A stretch of DNA of 64,000 nt, taken from a bacterium (GTDB taxonomy: Bacteria > Sysuimicrobiota > Sysuimicrobiia > Sysuimicrobiales > Segetimicrobiaceae). Location of the stretch: contig DATGJN010000033.1 of assembly GCA_035295165.1 (NCBI GenBank), positions 27,959 through 91,958 on the forward strand, read 5' to 3'. Positions 1-8,824 of this stretch are shown here, piece after piece. Both the position numbers and the translations under genes were made by a program. Within the stretch, counting starts at the first letter, position 1. Each line of letters starts with the position of its first letter. The notes beneath the pieces are model-generated. The model did no database searches and was not told the DNA's origin. It saw only the letters and a list, made by a program, of their open reading frames with translations.

Positions 1-551
1 TCGTCGTCGCGGCGCTCGCCCTTGCCGTGGGTGCGTGGACGGCGACCACCTATAACCGCCTTGTTCAGGCGCGCCAGGCCGTCGACACGCAGTGGGCGCA
101 GGTCGAGGTCCAATACCAGCGGCGCGTGGATCTTATCCCCGCACTCGTGGCTGCGCTACGGGGGTATCTGGCCCAGGAGCGCACGGTGCTTGACGCTGTG
201 GCCCGGGCGCGCGCGGCGTACCTGGCGACACCCTCCGGCTCGCCGGATCGCGTTCGCGCGGCGGACGCGCTCCAGCAGCCGCTCGGACGGCTCGTCGCGG
301 TCGTTGAGGCGTCGCCGGTGCTCCGCAGCAACGACACCGTGGCCGGGCTCATGGACGAACTGGCGGGCACCGAAAATCGGATCGCCGTCGAGCGGCGCCG
401 CTACAACGACCGCGTCTTGACGTACGACACCCTGGTGCTGAAGGTGCCGTCGTCGCTGATCGCGGCCGCCGCCGGGTTTCGGCTGCGCCCCTACTTCGAA
501 GCGGCGTCGGGAGCCGCCTCGCCGCCGCCCGTCACGCTTCCGTCCCGCTAG
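1..551 (+). CDS. LemA family protein (5' partial; continues upstream of window)
   Basis: Frame-3 ORF is open from nt 1 and encodes a hydrophobic stretch (VVAALALAVGAW) before the conserved LemA core (YNRLV...QVEVQYQRRVDLIP...). Stop at 549-551. Confidence 0.8.
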   Translation, partial: VVAALALAVGAWTATTYNRLVQARQAVDTQWAQVEVQYQRRVDLIPALVAALRGYLAQERTVLDAVARARAAYLATPSGSPDRVRAADALQQPLGRLVAVVEASPVLRSNDTVAGLMDELAGTENRIAVERRRYNDRVLTYDTLVLKVPSSLIAAAAGFRLRPYFEAASGAASPPPVTLPSR

Positions 552-1215
552 CCGGGGCGATCCAGACCTGCGCAGCCGCGTCCCTGGGAACGGTTCGGCG
601 GATGCCGTTCGTCCGCACGATCAATGGTCCTCGGGGGGTGGCGGAGGCTTCGACGCTCACCTCGACCCCGAGTCGCAGTCCGGTGGCGAGCGAGATCTTG
701 AGCAGATCCGTGCGCTCTTCGGGAAGTGCCGTCACGCGTCCGGGCAGTTGCGGCGCAAGCGTCGCGAGCGTCCTGTCCCGACGCGGAGCGAGCACGCCGT
801 CTCGACCGGGGATCGGGTGCCCGTGCGGACACGTCGCGGGATGACCGAGCACGTCGTCGAGGCGAGTCTCGACCTGCGGGCTGATGACATGCTCCATCTT
901 GCACGCTTCGTCGTACACGTCCTGGAGGTCCATCTTGAGCACGTCGGTCAGCAACCGCTCCGCAAGCCGGAGGCGGCGTACGACCTGCGTGGCGATGCCC
1001 AGCCCCGTGCCGGTCAGCCGCGTGCCTTCGTCGGACCCTTCCAAGTATCCGAGGTGCTCGAGCCGCTTCAGCATCTCCGAGGCCGACGGGGCTGAGACGC
1101 CCATCGCCTCGGCCACCCGCGAGGTCGTGACGCGGTGACCGGCCTGGGCGAGCGTGAGCACGCTCTTCAGATACATCTCGATGCGTTCGACCTTGGCGAT
1201 GTCGTGGGTGGTCAT
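532..1215 (-). CDS. DtxR/IdeR family metal-dependent transcriptional repressor with C-terminal FeoA/SH3-like domain
   Basis: Internal ATG at 1215 (MTTHDIAKVERIEMYLKSV...) gives a 227-aa protein with an N-terminal winged HTH, a metal-binding/dimerisation core and a C-terminal SH3-like domain as in IdeR/DtxR. The longer listed ORF (to 1635) is a non-coding N-terminal extension. Confidence 0.8.
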   Translation of the reverse strand: MTTHDIAKVERIEMYLKSVLTLAQAGHRVTTSRVAEAMGVSAPSASEMLKRLEHLGYLEGSDEGTRLTGTGLGIATQVVRRLRLAERLLTDVLKMDLQDVYDEACKMEHVISPQVETRLDDVLGHPATCPHGHPIPGRDGVLAPRRDRTLATLAPQLPGRVTALPEERTDLLKISLATGLRLGVEVSVEASATPRGPLIVRTNGIRRTVPRDAAAQVWIAPASGTEA

Positions 1216-1306
1216 GGTGTCACCGTGGAGTAATGTTACCTTCGCCGGGCGCGAGTCCTGCTGGCCGCCGGGCGCGTGGTCCTCCGCGGACGTCGTCTCA
1301 CAATTC

Positions 1307-1341
1307 TTGACAGGGCATGAGGGGTTGGCTAGCCTAACGGT
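1307..1341 (+). promoter_or_regulatory. Putative promoter (TTGACA -35 at 1307-1312) overlapped by an iron-box-like palindromic operator (GGCTAGCCTAA, 1327-1337)
   Basis: TTGACA -35 hexamer; 8-bp perfect palindrome GGCTAGCC; GGCTAGCCTAA matches 10/11 of the right half of the DtxR/IdeR 19-bp consensus TTAGGTTAGGCTAACCTAA. Lies between the divergent DtxR-family gene and the DUF4149 gene. Confidence 0.45.
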
Positions 1342-1342
1342 G

Positions 1343-1795
1343 ATGCTCCAACTGGCCGGGATCGTCCGGACCCTCGCGCTCGCACTTTGGATCGGCGGCA
1401 TGGCGGTGCTCGACTTCGTCGATGCACCGGCCCGCTTTGCGTTGCTCGATCGGAACCAGGCGGTACGCCTCGGCCAGATGATGTTCGAGCGGTTCAACCG
1501 GATCGAGCTCGCGCTCGCCCTGGTAACGCTCGCCGCGGCGCTGCTGGCACAGAGCGCCCGGTGGACAATCTGGCTGCTGGTGGTTATGCTCGCGGTGGTG
1601 GTGGCGCAGGCGACGTATCTGACGCCGGCAATCACACGCCTCGCGCACGGCCTGGATTTCGTTCATCGCGCCCCGCACGATCCCCGGTACGCGGCGATCC
1701 GACCGCTCCACACGGCCTATGCCGTGCTCGAGATCGTCCTGTTCGCTGCGGGGATCATCGTGCTCGCTGTCTGGGCGCGCCCAGGACGCCGTTAG
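1343..1795 (+). CDS. DUF4149 (TMEM205-like) membrane protein
   Basis: ATG at 1343 (MLQLAGIVRTLALALWIGGMAVLDFVDAPARF...); four predicted TM helices; pattern typical of DUF4149. Stop TAG at 1793-1795. Confidence 0.6.
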   Translation: MLQLAGIVRTLALALWIGGMAVLDFVDAPARFALLDRNQAVRLGQMMFERFNRIELALALVTLAAALLAQSARWTIWLLVVMLAVVVAQATYLTPAITRLAHGLDFVHRAPHDPRYAAIRPLHTAYAVLEIVLFAAGIIVLAVWARPGRR

Positions 1796-1806
1796 CCGTC
1801 GCGCCG

Positions 1807-2502
1807 ATGCGTGTGGCGTGGCTGGTCGAATGCGGGCGCATGGCCTACGGCGAGGCGTGGGCGCTGCAGCGTACGGTGCTGGCGGCGCGCCAGGCGGAAC
1901 AGGTGCCGGACGTGGTGCTCAGCGTGGAGCACCCGCCCGTCATCACGGTGGGCCGCGCGGGCCGCACGTCGAACATTCTCGCATCAACGGATCTCCTCGG
2001 GGCGCACGGCATTGAGGTGCACCACATCGAACGCGGCGGGGACGTCACGTACCATGGGCCGGGTCAGCTCGTTGGGTATCCGATCCTGAACCTGCGCGCG
2101 CTCGACGAGGACGTGGTCAGGTACGTGCGGTTGCTCGAGGCGACGCTAATCGCGTCGCTCGCCGCGTGGGAGATCGTCGCGGAACGGCTGCGCGGGTTTC
2201 CCGGCGTCTGGGTCACCGGGGCAAAGATCGCCGCGATCGGTGTGGCGGTGAAGCGCCGTGTGACGATGCACGGGTTCGCATTGAACGTGGATCCGGCGCT
2301 GTTGCACTTCGAGTTGATCAACCCGTGCGGGCTCAACAAGCCGGTGACCTCGATGACGCGCGTCCTCGGGCGTCCGATCACGCTCGACGAGGTGCGGCCC
2401 GTGGTGGCACGGACATTCGGCGAAATGTTCCAGATCGCGTTCGAACCTATGTCGGTCGGCGAACTGTGGGCCCGGCTCGGCGCCCCGACCGCGCCGGTCT
2501 AG
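1807..2502 (+). CDS. lipB: Lipoyl(octanoyl) transferase LipB
   Basis: ATG at 1807 (MRVAWLVECGRMAYGEAWALQ...); conserved LipB motifs (VVLSVEHPPVITVGR, GGDVTYHGPGQLVGYPI, AIGVAVKRRVTMHGFALNV). Confidence 0.85.
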   Translation: MRVAWLVECGRMAYGEAWALQRTVLAARQAEQVPDVVLSVEHPPVITVGRAGRTSNILASTDLLGAHGIEVHHIERGGDVTYHGPGQLVGYPILNLRALDEDVVRYVRLLEATLIASLAAWEIVAERLRGFPGVWVTGAKIAAIGVAVKRRVTMHGFALNVDPALLHFELINPCGLNKPVTSMTRVLGRPITLDEVRPVVARTFGEMFQIAFEPMSVGELWARLGAPTAPV

Positions 2503-2522
2503 GGTCGGGAGGGAGGGGCGAC

Positions 2523-3479
2523 ATGGCGGGACAGACGCTTGTGGTGGGGTCCGCGGAGGCGGCGCCGGGGACGAAGGCGACCGGGTACCTGGATGTTCCG
2601 GGCACGCCGATCCGCATGCCGGTCGTTGTCGTAAACGGCGCGGCGCTCGGGCCGCGTCTCAGCATTACCGCAGGAGTGCACGGTGGTGAGTATCCCGGGA
2701 TCGAGGCCGCGATTCGTACGGCCGTCACGCTCGATCCGAAGGAGGTACGCGGCCAGGTGGTCGTGGTCCCCATCGTCGATGTGCCGTCCTTCCAAGGACG
2801 CAACATCTACATCTGCCCGCTCGACGGGAAAAATCCCAACCGCGTGTTCCCGGGCAACCCGGAGGGGACCGCGAGCGACCGTCTCGCGTACACCCTGTTC
2901 ACCGACGTGATCGCCCGCGGGCAGTTCTACGTGGACCTGCACGGTGGCGACATCAACGAGGCGCTGCTGCCGTTTACGATTCTACTCGACTCCGGAGCGG
3001 CGGACGTCGACGCCGCGGCGCTCGATCTCGCGCGCGTGTACGGCATCAGGTACGTCGTCCGCGGGCGCGTGTCCGGCGGGACGTACTCGGCGGCGGCGCA
3101 GCAGCGGATTCCCGCAATTCTCACGGAGGCGGGTGGGCAGGGGTTGTTGCAGCCGGAGGCGTTGGAGATCCACCTGCGCGGTCTTCGAAACGTCCTGCGG
3201 CATCTCAAGATCACGCCCGGCGCGCCGGAGTCGGTGGAGCCGATCACCGAGCTGACCGAGATGCACTGGGTCCGATCCTCGCACGCCGGCCTGTTCTATC
3301 CCGAGATCGCCCCCGGGGACCGCGTGACGAAAGGACAGCGCGTCGGGGAGACGCGAGATTACTTTGGAGCGAGCCTCGCCGAGATTACCGCCCCGGCGAC
3401 GGGTGTGGTGCTGTTTACGGTGACGACCCCGGCGACCAACCCGTCGGACCCCATGTTCGCCGTCGGCGCGCCGGCGTAA
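2523..3479 (+). CDS. Succinylglutamate desuccinylase/aspartoacylase (AstE/AspA) family zinc-dependent deacylase
   Basis: ATG at 2523 preceded by GGGAGGGAGGGG. M14-like motifs (AGVHGGEYPGIEA..., DLHGGDINEAL). Paralogue of the gene at 50813..51787. Confidence 0.8.
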   Translation: MAGQTLVVGSAEAAPGTKATGYLDVPGTPIRMPVVVVNGAALGPRLSITAGVHGGEYPGIEAAIRTAVTLDPKEVRGQVVVVPIVDVPSFQGRNIYICPLDGKNPNRVFPGNPEGTASDRLAYTLFTDVIARGQFYVDLHGGDINEALLPFTILLDSGAADVDAAALDLARVYGIRYVVRGRVSGGTYSAAAQQRIPAILTEAGGQGLLQPEALEIHLRGLRNVLRHLKITPGAPESVEPITELTEMHWVRSSHAGLFYPEIAPGDRVTKGQRVGETRDYFGASLAEITAPATGVVLFTVTTPATNPSDPMFAVGAPA

Positions 3480-3537
3480 CAGCCTTTGTCGCTGGTGCGT
3501 CGCGGCCCGGCGCGCCGACGCGCGGGCTGGCGGCGGG

Positions 3538-3750
3538 CTAGCGACTTCGCGGACGCGTGCGCGTCCGGCCGCGTGTCGGGGCAGGGGGCACCTTCGCGCC
3601 GCGCTTGCGCGCCTCAGAGAGTCCAATCGCGATCGCTTGTTTTCGGCTCGTGACTTTCCTCCCCGATCGGCCGCTGCGAAGCTCGCCTCGTTTCTCTTCG
3701 TGAAGGGCGCGCGCGACCTTCGCTTGGGCGACCTTCCCGTACCTCACCAT
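3538..3750 (-). CDS. Small conserved basic protein (KGELRSGRSGRKVTSRKQAIAIGLSEARKRG motif), function unknown
   Basis: 70-aa ORF with a strongly conserved-looking motif seen in small hypothetical proteins of many bacteria; basic C-terminal tail. Confidence 0.5.
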   Translation of the reverse strand: MVRYGKVAQAKVARALHEEKRGELRSGRSGRKVTSRKQAIAIGLSEARKRGAKVPPAPTRGRTRTRPRSR

Positions 3751-3991
3751 GGCGATCCACCTCCGACCGTCGATTGCCCCCGCCGTAAACTATTTCCCCG
3801 GCGAACGCACAACATCATCGCTGCGCCGTGCTCTGGCCGGCCGTTCCGCGCGCGTTTCGGCCGCCAAGGGGTGGGTGCCCGCCGGGATGTCGTTGCCCTC
3901 GATGCGCACGACCGCGTGCGTCGCGGAGTGCGGATCGCGCGCCACTACGGTACGGTGACGCGGTGGTCGAGACGCCCGACTCGGACGTCTG

Positions 3992-4234
3992 TTACGGTGA
4001 CGTGGTGACGCTGAGCGGCACCCGCCACTGCAGGTTGATCTGCATCGAACCTTCGTGCTCGTTCTCCTCGGCGCGGATTTCGAATCGGATCATCTGGCCG
4101 AGATGATAGACGTGTCGCTGCTCACTGGACCGGACGGCCAGCGTTCCGTGCATCAGACCGAGCGACACCTGATTGATCAACTCCGCGGCCGTGGTGCTCG
4201 GCAGCGCCGTCCTTACCTTGAGCGGTGTTCCCAT
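3992..4234 (-). CDS. Hypothetical small protein (80 aa)
   Basis: ATG with GAGGAG about 11 nt upstream; no recognisable domain; sits in an otherwise ORF-poor 570-bp gap. Confidence 0.25.
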   Translation of the reverse strand: MGTPLKVRTALPSTTAAELINQVSLGLMHGTLAVRSSEQRHVYHLGQMIRFEIRAEENEHEGSMQINLQWRVPLSVTTSP

Positions 4235-4320
4235 CTCATCACACTCCTCGCTGCGCGCCTACCGCGCGACGCTGGATCCTGCATCTGCGATCGAGGCTCA
4301 CATCGACCCGCGTCTCCGGG

Positions 4321-5703
4321 TCACGGGCGCGACCAAGACACGATGTCCGTCCACGACACGTGTCCGAAGAAGTCGGTCAGGGCAGCGTGCTGAGGGAACG
4401 GACCGATGATCCGGACCACGTCGCTCGACCTGGACCGCCAGAGCCACAGTGCGTCGTCTTGCCAGAACAAAAGGGCGCGACCGTCCGTGGCCCATGCGGG
4501 GGCAAAGACACCGCCGCGCACGTAGGAGAGCTCGTGCGCGCCGGTCCCGTTGGACGCGGTGAGCCACAGCGTCCGCGTGGTGGTCCAGTCGACGCCGGTC
4601 CGCGCGCCGCCGGACGAGTCGGCGCGTTGCTGCGCGCGGACAAATGCGATCGTGCTGCCGTCGGGCGCCCACGCCGGGTCCACGGAGACGTCGGAGGCGG
4701 GTTGAGGGATGCGTCGGCACGTGCCCCGCGCGACGTCGCATACCACCAGATGCTTCCCCCGCCACACCTCGCGGCCGCCGCCGTCCACCAGCAGCAGGGT
4801 ATGGCCGTCCGGAGCCCACGACAGCCAATCTCGGTACGGCAGTGTGCCGGCAATCGCGCGGCTCGTGGATCCGTCCAGCGCGAGCGCGAACAGGTCGAGG
4901 CCGTCGGCGGCGAGGGACTGCGAGTAGTCCGGATCCAGCCAGAACACCAGGCCGCGCCCGTTGGGCCACCATCCTGCAAGGACGACCGCAGTGTCGGCCG
5001 ACGCGGTGAAGCGCCTAACGATTTGGCCATCTCGTAGTCGAATCGTGCTTACCACGTCGTGTCGCACCGGCAACGAGACCGTCGCGACGTAGGCGATCAT
5101 GGCGCCGTCAGGGGACCACGCAAACGACGTCACGGCGTCGCCGGCTGCACGCAGCGGTCGTGAAATACCGCCCGGGTTCGTGAGCCACAACCCCGACTTT
5201 CCGGAGGAGTCTCGAAGCACGGCCGCGAGCGTAGCGGTCGTCGGGGACCACGCTAGGTCGTCCGGTGACGCCCCACGAGCCTGGCCGACACGGTAGCTTG
5301 CTCCGCCGTCGGCGCGCGCAATCCACGTCTCGCTGGTCGCCGTGTTCGCGCCGAGGAGCCGATGATACGCGAGCCAGTGTCCGTCGTGGGACCACGTTGG
5401 GGTCGCCGCAACACCGACCGACGGAATCTGGCGGAGCACGCCGGCCGCCCCGTCCGCGACGTACAGATGGGATCCCCAGACCAGCGCAAACCGGCCCAGC
5501 CCCTGCAACGCCGACAACCTGACACCCGGCGTCGACGCCGAGGGTTGCGCGGTGTCCGGCAGCGTCGATGTGCTCGGCACCGCGGGCTCACCCGTGCCGA
5601 CGAGCGCGAAGATGCCGATGAGGAGGGCCGCTTCCAGCACGGGAAGCGCCTTGCGAAAGACCCCTGCGGCAATCAGTGGACGGCTGATTCGGTGCACGCG
5701 CAT
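4321..5703 (-). CDS. TolB-like WD40/PD40 beta-propeller repeat protein with N-terminal membrane anchor
   Basis: Internal ATG at 5703 (MRVHRISRPLIAAGVFRKALPVLEAALLIGIFALV = signal peptide/TM). Repeated WSPDG / WAPDGS PD40-type motifs throughout. Confidence 0.7.
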   Translation of the reverse strand: MRVHRISRPLIAAGVFRKALPVLEAALLIGIFALVGTGEPAVPSTSTLPDTAQPSASTPGVRLSALQGLGRFALVWGSHLYVADGAAGVLRQIPSVGVAATPTWSHDGHWLAYHRLLGANTATSETWIARADGGASYRVGQARGASPDDLAWSPTTATLAAVLRDSSGKSGLWLTNPGGISRPLRAAGDAVTSFAWSPDGAMIAYVATVSLPVRHDVVSTIRLRDGQIVRRFTASADTAVVLAGWWPNGRGLVFWLDPDYSQSLAADGLDLFALALDGSTSRAIAGTLPYRDWLSWAPDGHTLLLVDGGGREVWRGKHLVVCDVARGTCRRIPQPASDVSVDPAWAPDGSTIAFVRAQQRADSSGGARTGVDWTTTRTLWLTASNGTGAHELSYVRGGVFAPAWATDGRALLFWQDDALWLWRSRSSDVVRIIGPFPQHAALTDFFGHVSWTDIVSWSRP

Positions 5704-5908
5704 TCCCGGCCTTTGCCGTGGAAGATGGCTACAGCATATCACACGGTGATGAGACCTCAACGGTGACGAAGGATTTGCGCATTTCTCTCTTCCGCACCCG
5801 AGCGGGGCCATCAAAAAACGAGCCGGGGCGAATGCGCCCGTGAAGTGTCGCAGGCCGGCGCCCCGAAGGCGCCGGCCTGCGCGCGCGGCGCTGCATCGCA
5901 GAGTGCGC

Positions 5909-6340
5909 CTACGTGGGTTCGTCCTCGTCGTCTTCGATTTCGAAGTCCTCTTCCACCTCGACGGTCTGCACGCCCCAAATGGGTTCCTGCTGGGGCGCTC
6001 CGGTGGGCCCTGCCGGCGGCGTGACAAACAGCTCCGGCGCTGGCGAAGGCATGCGCTCAGGGGTGACGGCGGAGGGTGCAGACGCGGTCCGTGTCCGCAC
6101 CGTGCGCGGTCTCGCTTTGGCCGCCGCGCCGGTGCGCTTCCTCGTGCTCCGCGCCGGTGCCCGCCGCTTGGCGCCGGCGCGGGTCGTCTTGCGGGCGGCC
6201 GTCTTGCGGCGGCTCCCCGCGGTCGATCGGGCTGCGGCCCGGCCGCCGGCCGCCTTCCTCACGCGCTTCCGAGCTGTGGTCGTCCGCTTGCGGGGTCCCG
6301 ACTTGGCCCGGGTCTTTCGCCGCACCGCTCGCCTCACCAT
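5909..6340 (-). CDS. Highly basic Arg/Lys/Ala-rich low-complexity protein with acidic C-terminus (histone H1/AlgP-like)
   Basis: ATG at 6340 with AAAGGGAGG 6 nt upstream. N-terminal about 110 aa is almost entirely R/K/A/T repeats; C-terminus is EVEEDFEIEDDEDEPT. Confidence 0.5.
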   Translation of the reverse strand: MVRRAVRRKTRAKSGPRKRTTTARKRVRKAAGGRAAARSTAGSRRKTAARKTTRAGAKRRAPARSTRKRTGAAAKARPRTVRTRTASAPSAVTPERMPSPAPELFVTPPAGPTGAPQQEPIWGVQTVEVEEDFEIEDDEDEPT

Positions 6341-6572
6341 ACTCGACCTCCCTTTGCCGGCTCGCAGGATGTACGTGCCACGCAATTCGCGGCCGTTGTT
6401 CGACGGGGTGAGACCGTTTCCTTTGTATAATCACAGCCGCTCGCGCCCGCGCCCGCGGCAGGAGTCTGACGTCTCACGACGAATACACCGTCTCGTGCTC
6501 GGGGGGAATGGCGCTCATAGCCCCGCGTCGCACTTGTCACAGCATCACGTCGCAGCATTGAACGAGGCAGCG

Positions 6573-7745
6573 ATGCGGGGACGATTCAGGGCATTTTTTG
6601 TTGCCCTCGTAGTGGGGTCGCTGGTTTCCGCCGATCCCTTCGGGGCCATCGCGGCGGGCGGATCCGTATCCGCTCCACAGTCGCACGTCGCGGCGTCCTC
6701 CGCCGAGTCCACGCTGGCCCGTATCCAGCAACAACTGGCTGACCGGCGCCGTGCCCTGGCGCAGACGCGCATGCAGGAGCAGCATGCGCTCGTGCAACTC
6801 TCGTGGGCCCAGGAGCGACTCGAGCGAGCGCGGATGGGCCTCGCCCAGACCGTCAGCGCGCTCCACGGCACCCAAGCGGCGGTTGCGCAGGTCACCAGCT
6901 CGCTCGCCACCGTGTCGCAGCAGCTCGAGACCCACGAAACGCTGATGGGCGCTCGCGTACGGGCCTTCTATGAGCGTGGTCCTCTCGGTTACCTCGACGT
7001 GTTGCTCGGGGCCGCCGATTTCCGGGATTTCGTCTCGCGCTCGTATCTGCTCGGGGTCATCATCAACCGTGACGTCCAGCTGTACCAGCAGGTCAGCTCG
7101 GAACGTGCGAAGCAGAGCGAGGCGCGGGCGACGCTGGCCGAGCAGGAGCAGCATCTCGCCGAGCAACAGGCCCAGTGGATCGTGAGCCGCGACCAAACCG
7201 TACGGCTCGCCCAGGAGCGGCGTGATCTCCTGACCCGGGTCCGCTCGCAGCGACTGGCGCAGGAGGAAGCGATCCGCGAACTTGAGGCTGAGTCCCTCAA
7301 GATCACGGACATCATCCGGCGGTCGACGGGGCGCGTGCACGTTGGTCCCATCCCGACCCTCCGGGACGGCGCGCTCCTCTGGCCGGTGGAGGGTCGCATC
7401 AGCTCTGGGTACGGCTGGCGAACCCACCCGATCTTCGGCACGCGTGAATTCCACACGGGGATCGACATCGCCGTCCCTTGGGGGACCCCGATTCACGCCG
7501 CGGCCCCGGGTTCGGTGATTTTCACGGGGTGGATGCGCGGTTATGGGATGCTTGTGATTCTGGACCACGGCAACGGTCTTTCCACGACGTACTCGCACCT
7601 ATCCTCATACAGCGTGCACGTTGGACAGCGCGTGGAGCGTGGCGAGGTGATTGCGCACATCGGCAGCACGGGGTGGAGCACGGGTCCGCACCTGTTCTTC
7701 GAGGTGCGCGAGGACGGGAAGCCGGTCAACCCGCTCGGCGAGTAG
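6573..7745 (+). CDS. M23 family metallopeptidase with N-terminal signal peptide and coiled-coil (EnvC/LytM-like murein endopeptidase)
   Basis: ATG at 6573 (MRGRFRAFFVALVVGSLVSA = signal peptide); long Q/A/R/L-rich coiled coil; C-terminal LytM motifs (HTGIDIAVPWGTPIHAAAPG, GYGMLVILDHGNGLSTTYSHL, GSTGWSTGPHLFFEV). Confidence 0.85.
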   Translation: MRGRFRAFFVALVVGSLVSADPFGAIAAGGSVSAPQSHVAASSAESTLARIQQQLADRRRALAQTRMQEQHALVQLSWAQERLERARMGLAQTVSALHGTQAAVAQVTSSLATVSQQLETHETLMGARVRAFYERGPLGYLDVLLGAADFRDFVSRSYLLGVIINRDVQLYQQVSSERAKQSEARATLAEQEQHLAEQQAQWIVSRDQTVRLAQERRDLLTRVRSQRLAQEEAIRELEAESLKITDIIRRSTGRVHVGPIPTLRDGALLWPVEGRISSGYGWRTHPIFGTREFHTGIDIAVPWGTPIHAAAPGSVIFTGWMRGYGMLVILDHGNGLSTTYSHLSSYSVHVGQRVERGEVIAHIGSTGWSTGPHLFFEVREDGKPVNPLGE

Positions 7746-7754
7746 CGCCGCGAT

Positions 7755-8573
7755 CTACACGACGCGATCCAGGAACTGGCTCAACGCTTCGAACAGCGCC
7801 TCCGGCTCTTCCGTTTGCGGCGAGTGCCCGCTCTGCTCGAACACGTGCAGCTCGGCCTGCGGCATCAGCCGCGCGATCTCCACGGACTCCTCGACCGGGC
7901 AGATCCAGTCGTGGCGACCGACGCCGATGAACGTCGGGACGGCGATGCTGGCGAGCGCCGCTCGGACGTCGTAGGTCGCATAGTCCCGGATCAGCGCGCG
8001 CCGCGTTTCCGGGTCGAAGGAGCGTCCTGCCAGGCTGGTGGGCGCGCGCGTCTTGTCGTAATAGTACAGCGGTTGAATTGTCTCGAAGTCCCGCTGGAAC
8101 CCCGCCGGATCCGTGAGGGAGCCGTCCCACAACCGCCGGTACGCCGCGATCACCTCGGGTGATCCCTGGCGTTCCGCGTTCGCCGTCGCGCGCGCCATGA
8201 ACCCGCCGCTCGGGGCCGTGCCAATCAGGACGAGCGCGCGCGGCTCGGAAGGGTACCGGGTCGCGTACAGCAGCGACGCGAATCCGCCGGCCGACGTGCC
8301 CCCGACGATGGGGCGCTCGAGGCGGAGCGCTTGGATCAGCGCGTGCAGGTCCTCCGCCTGGTCCGCGATCGTGTACGTGTGCGCCGGGGCGCGGCCCGAC
8401 GCTCCATGGCCGCGGTGCTCGTAGGCGATCAAGCGCACCCGGCCGGCGAGCCTCCGGTACGCGCCGATCCGGTCGGGGTGCCCCATCCCCGGCCCGCCGT
8501 GGACGAGGACGTAGGGCGGGCCGGACCCCAGCGTCTCGTACGCCAGCTCGACGCCGCGGACCGAGATCTTCAT
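7755..8573 (-). CDS. Alpha/beta hydrolase fold protein (proline iminopeptidase/epoxide hydrolase-like)
   Basis: Internal ATG at 8573 (MKISVRGVELAYETLGSGPPYVLVHGGPGMGH...); nucleophile elbow GGTSAGG; catalytic His near C-terminus (EQSGHSPQTE). Confidence 0.8.
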   Translation of the reverse strand: MKISVRGVELAYETLGSGPPYVLVHGGPGMGHPDRIGAYRRLAGRVRLIAYEHRGHGASGRAPAHTYTIADQAEDLHALIQALRLERPIVGGTSAGGFASLLYATRYPSEPRALVLIGTAPSGGFMARATANAERQGSPEVIAAYRRLWDGSLTDPAGFQRDFETIQPLYYYDKTRAPTSLAGRSFDPETRRALIRDYATYDVRAALASIAVPTFIGVGRHDWICPVEESVEIARLMPQAELHVFEQSGHSPQTEEPEALFEALSQFLDRVV

Positions 8574-8689
8574 CGGGGTCGTGGATCGAGGGCGTCCCGG
8601 AATCCGTCGCCCACCAGATTGATGCTGGTCAGGAAGATCGCCGCGCCGGGCAACGCGGCGATCCACCACGCGCTGTCCACGTACCGCCT
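8570..8689 (-). pseudogene. Remnant of a DppC/OppC-type ABC permease gene (C-terminal about 40 codons only)
   Basis: Encodes ...YVDSAWWIAALPGAAIFLTSINLVGDGFRDALDPRPR*. This is the conserved C-terminus of DppC-like permeases (compare 44844..45740: [35 protein letters not shown]). No upstream remainder of the gene; its stop overlaps the hydrolase start. Confidence 0.45.
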
Positions 8690-8824
8690 CCCTTCGAAGG
8701 GCCCACCCGCACGCGCGTTATGATGGTGTATCAGATGTTCCGCGATCCTGATCGTGTGGTCCGCTATGGCCGTTGGTCGATGCATGCGGCATCACCAGCA
8801 CCATGAACCGCCTCGCCCTGTTTC

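Noticed and set aside
1387-1806. Upstream extension of the lipB ORF (371-aa version)
   Set aside because: Overlaps the DUF4149 gene in another frame; Arg/Gly/Pro-rich nonsense; conserved LipB N-terminus begins at the ATG at 1807.
4225-5037. Several 200-270-aa ORFs on both strands over the TolB-like gene (4225..5037 +, 4298..4972 -, 4377..5030 -)
   Set aside because: All overlap the PD40-repeat gene in other frames; Arg/Pro/Gly-rich; no motifs.
5913-6572. N-terminal 220-codon extension of the M23 peptidase ORF
   Set aside because: Low-complexity S/A/R-rich translation; overlaps the RBS-supported basic-protein gene on the opposite strand; the signal peptide and good start are at 6573.
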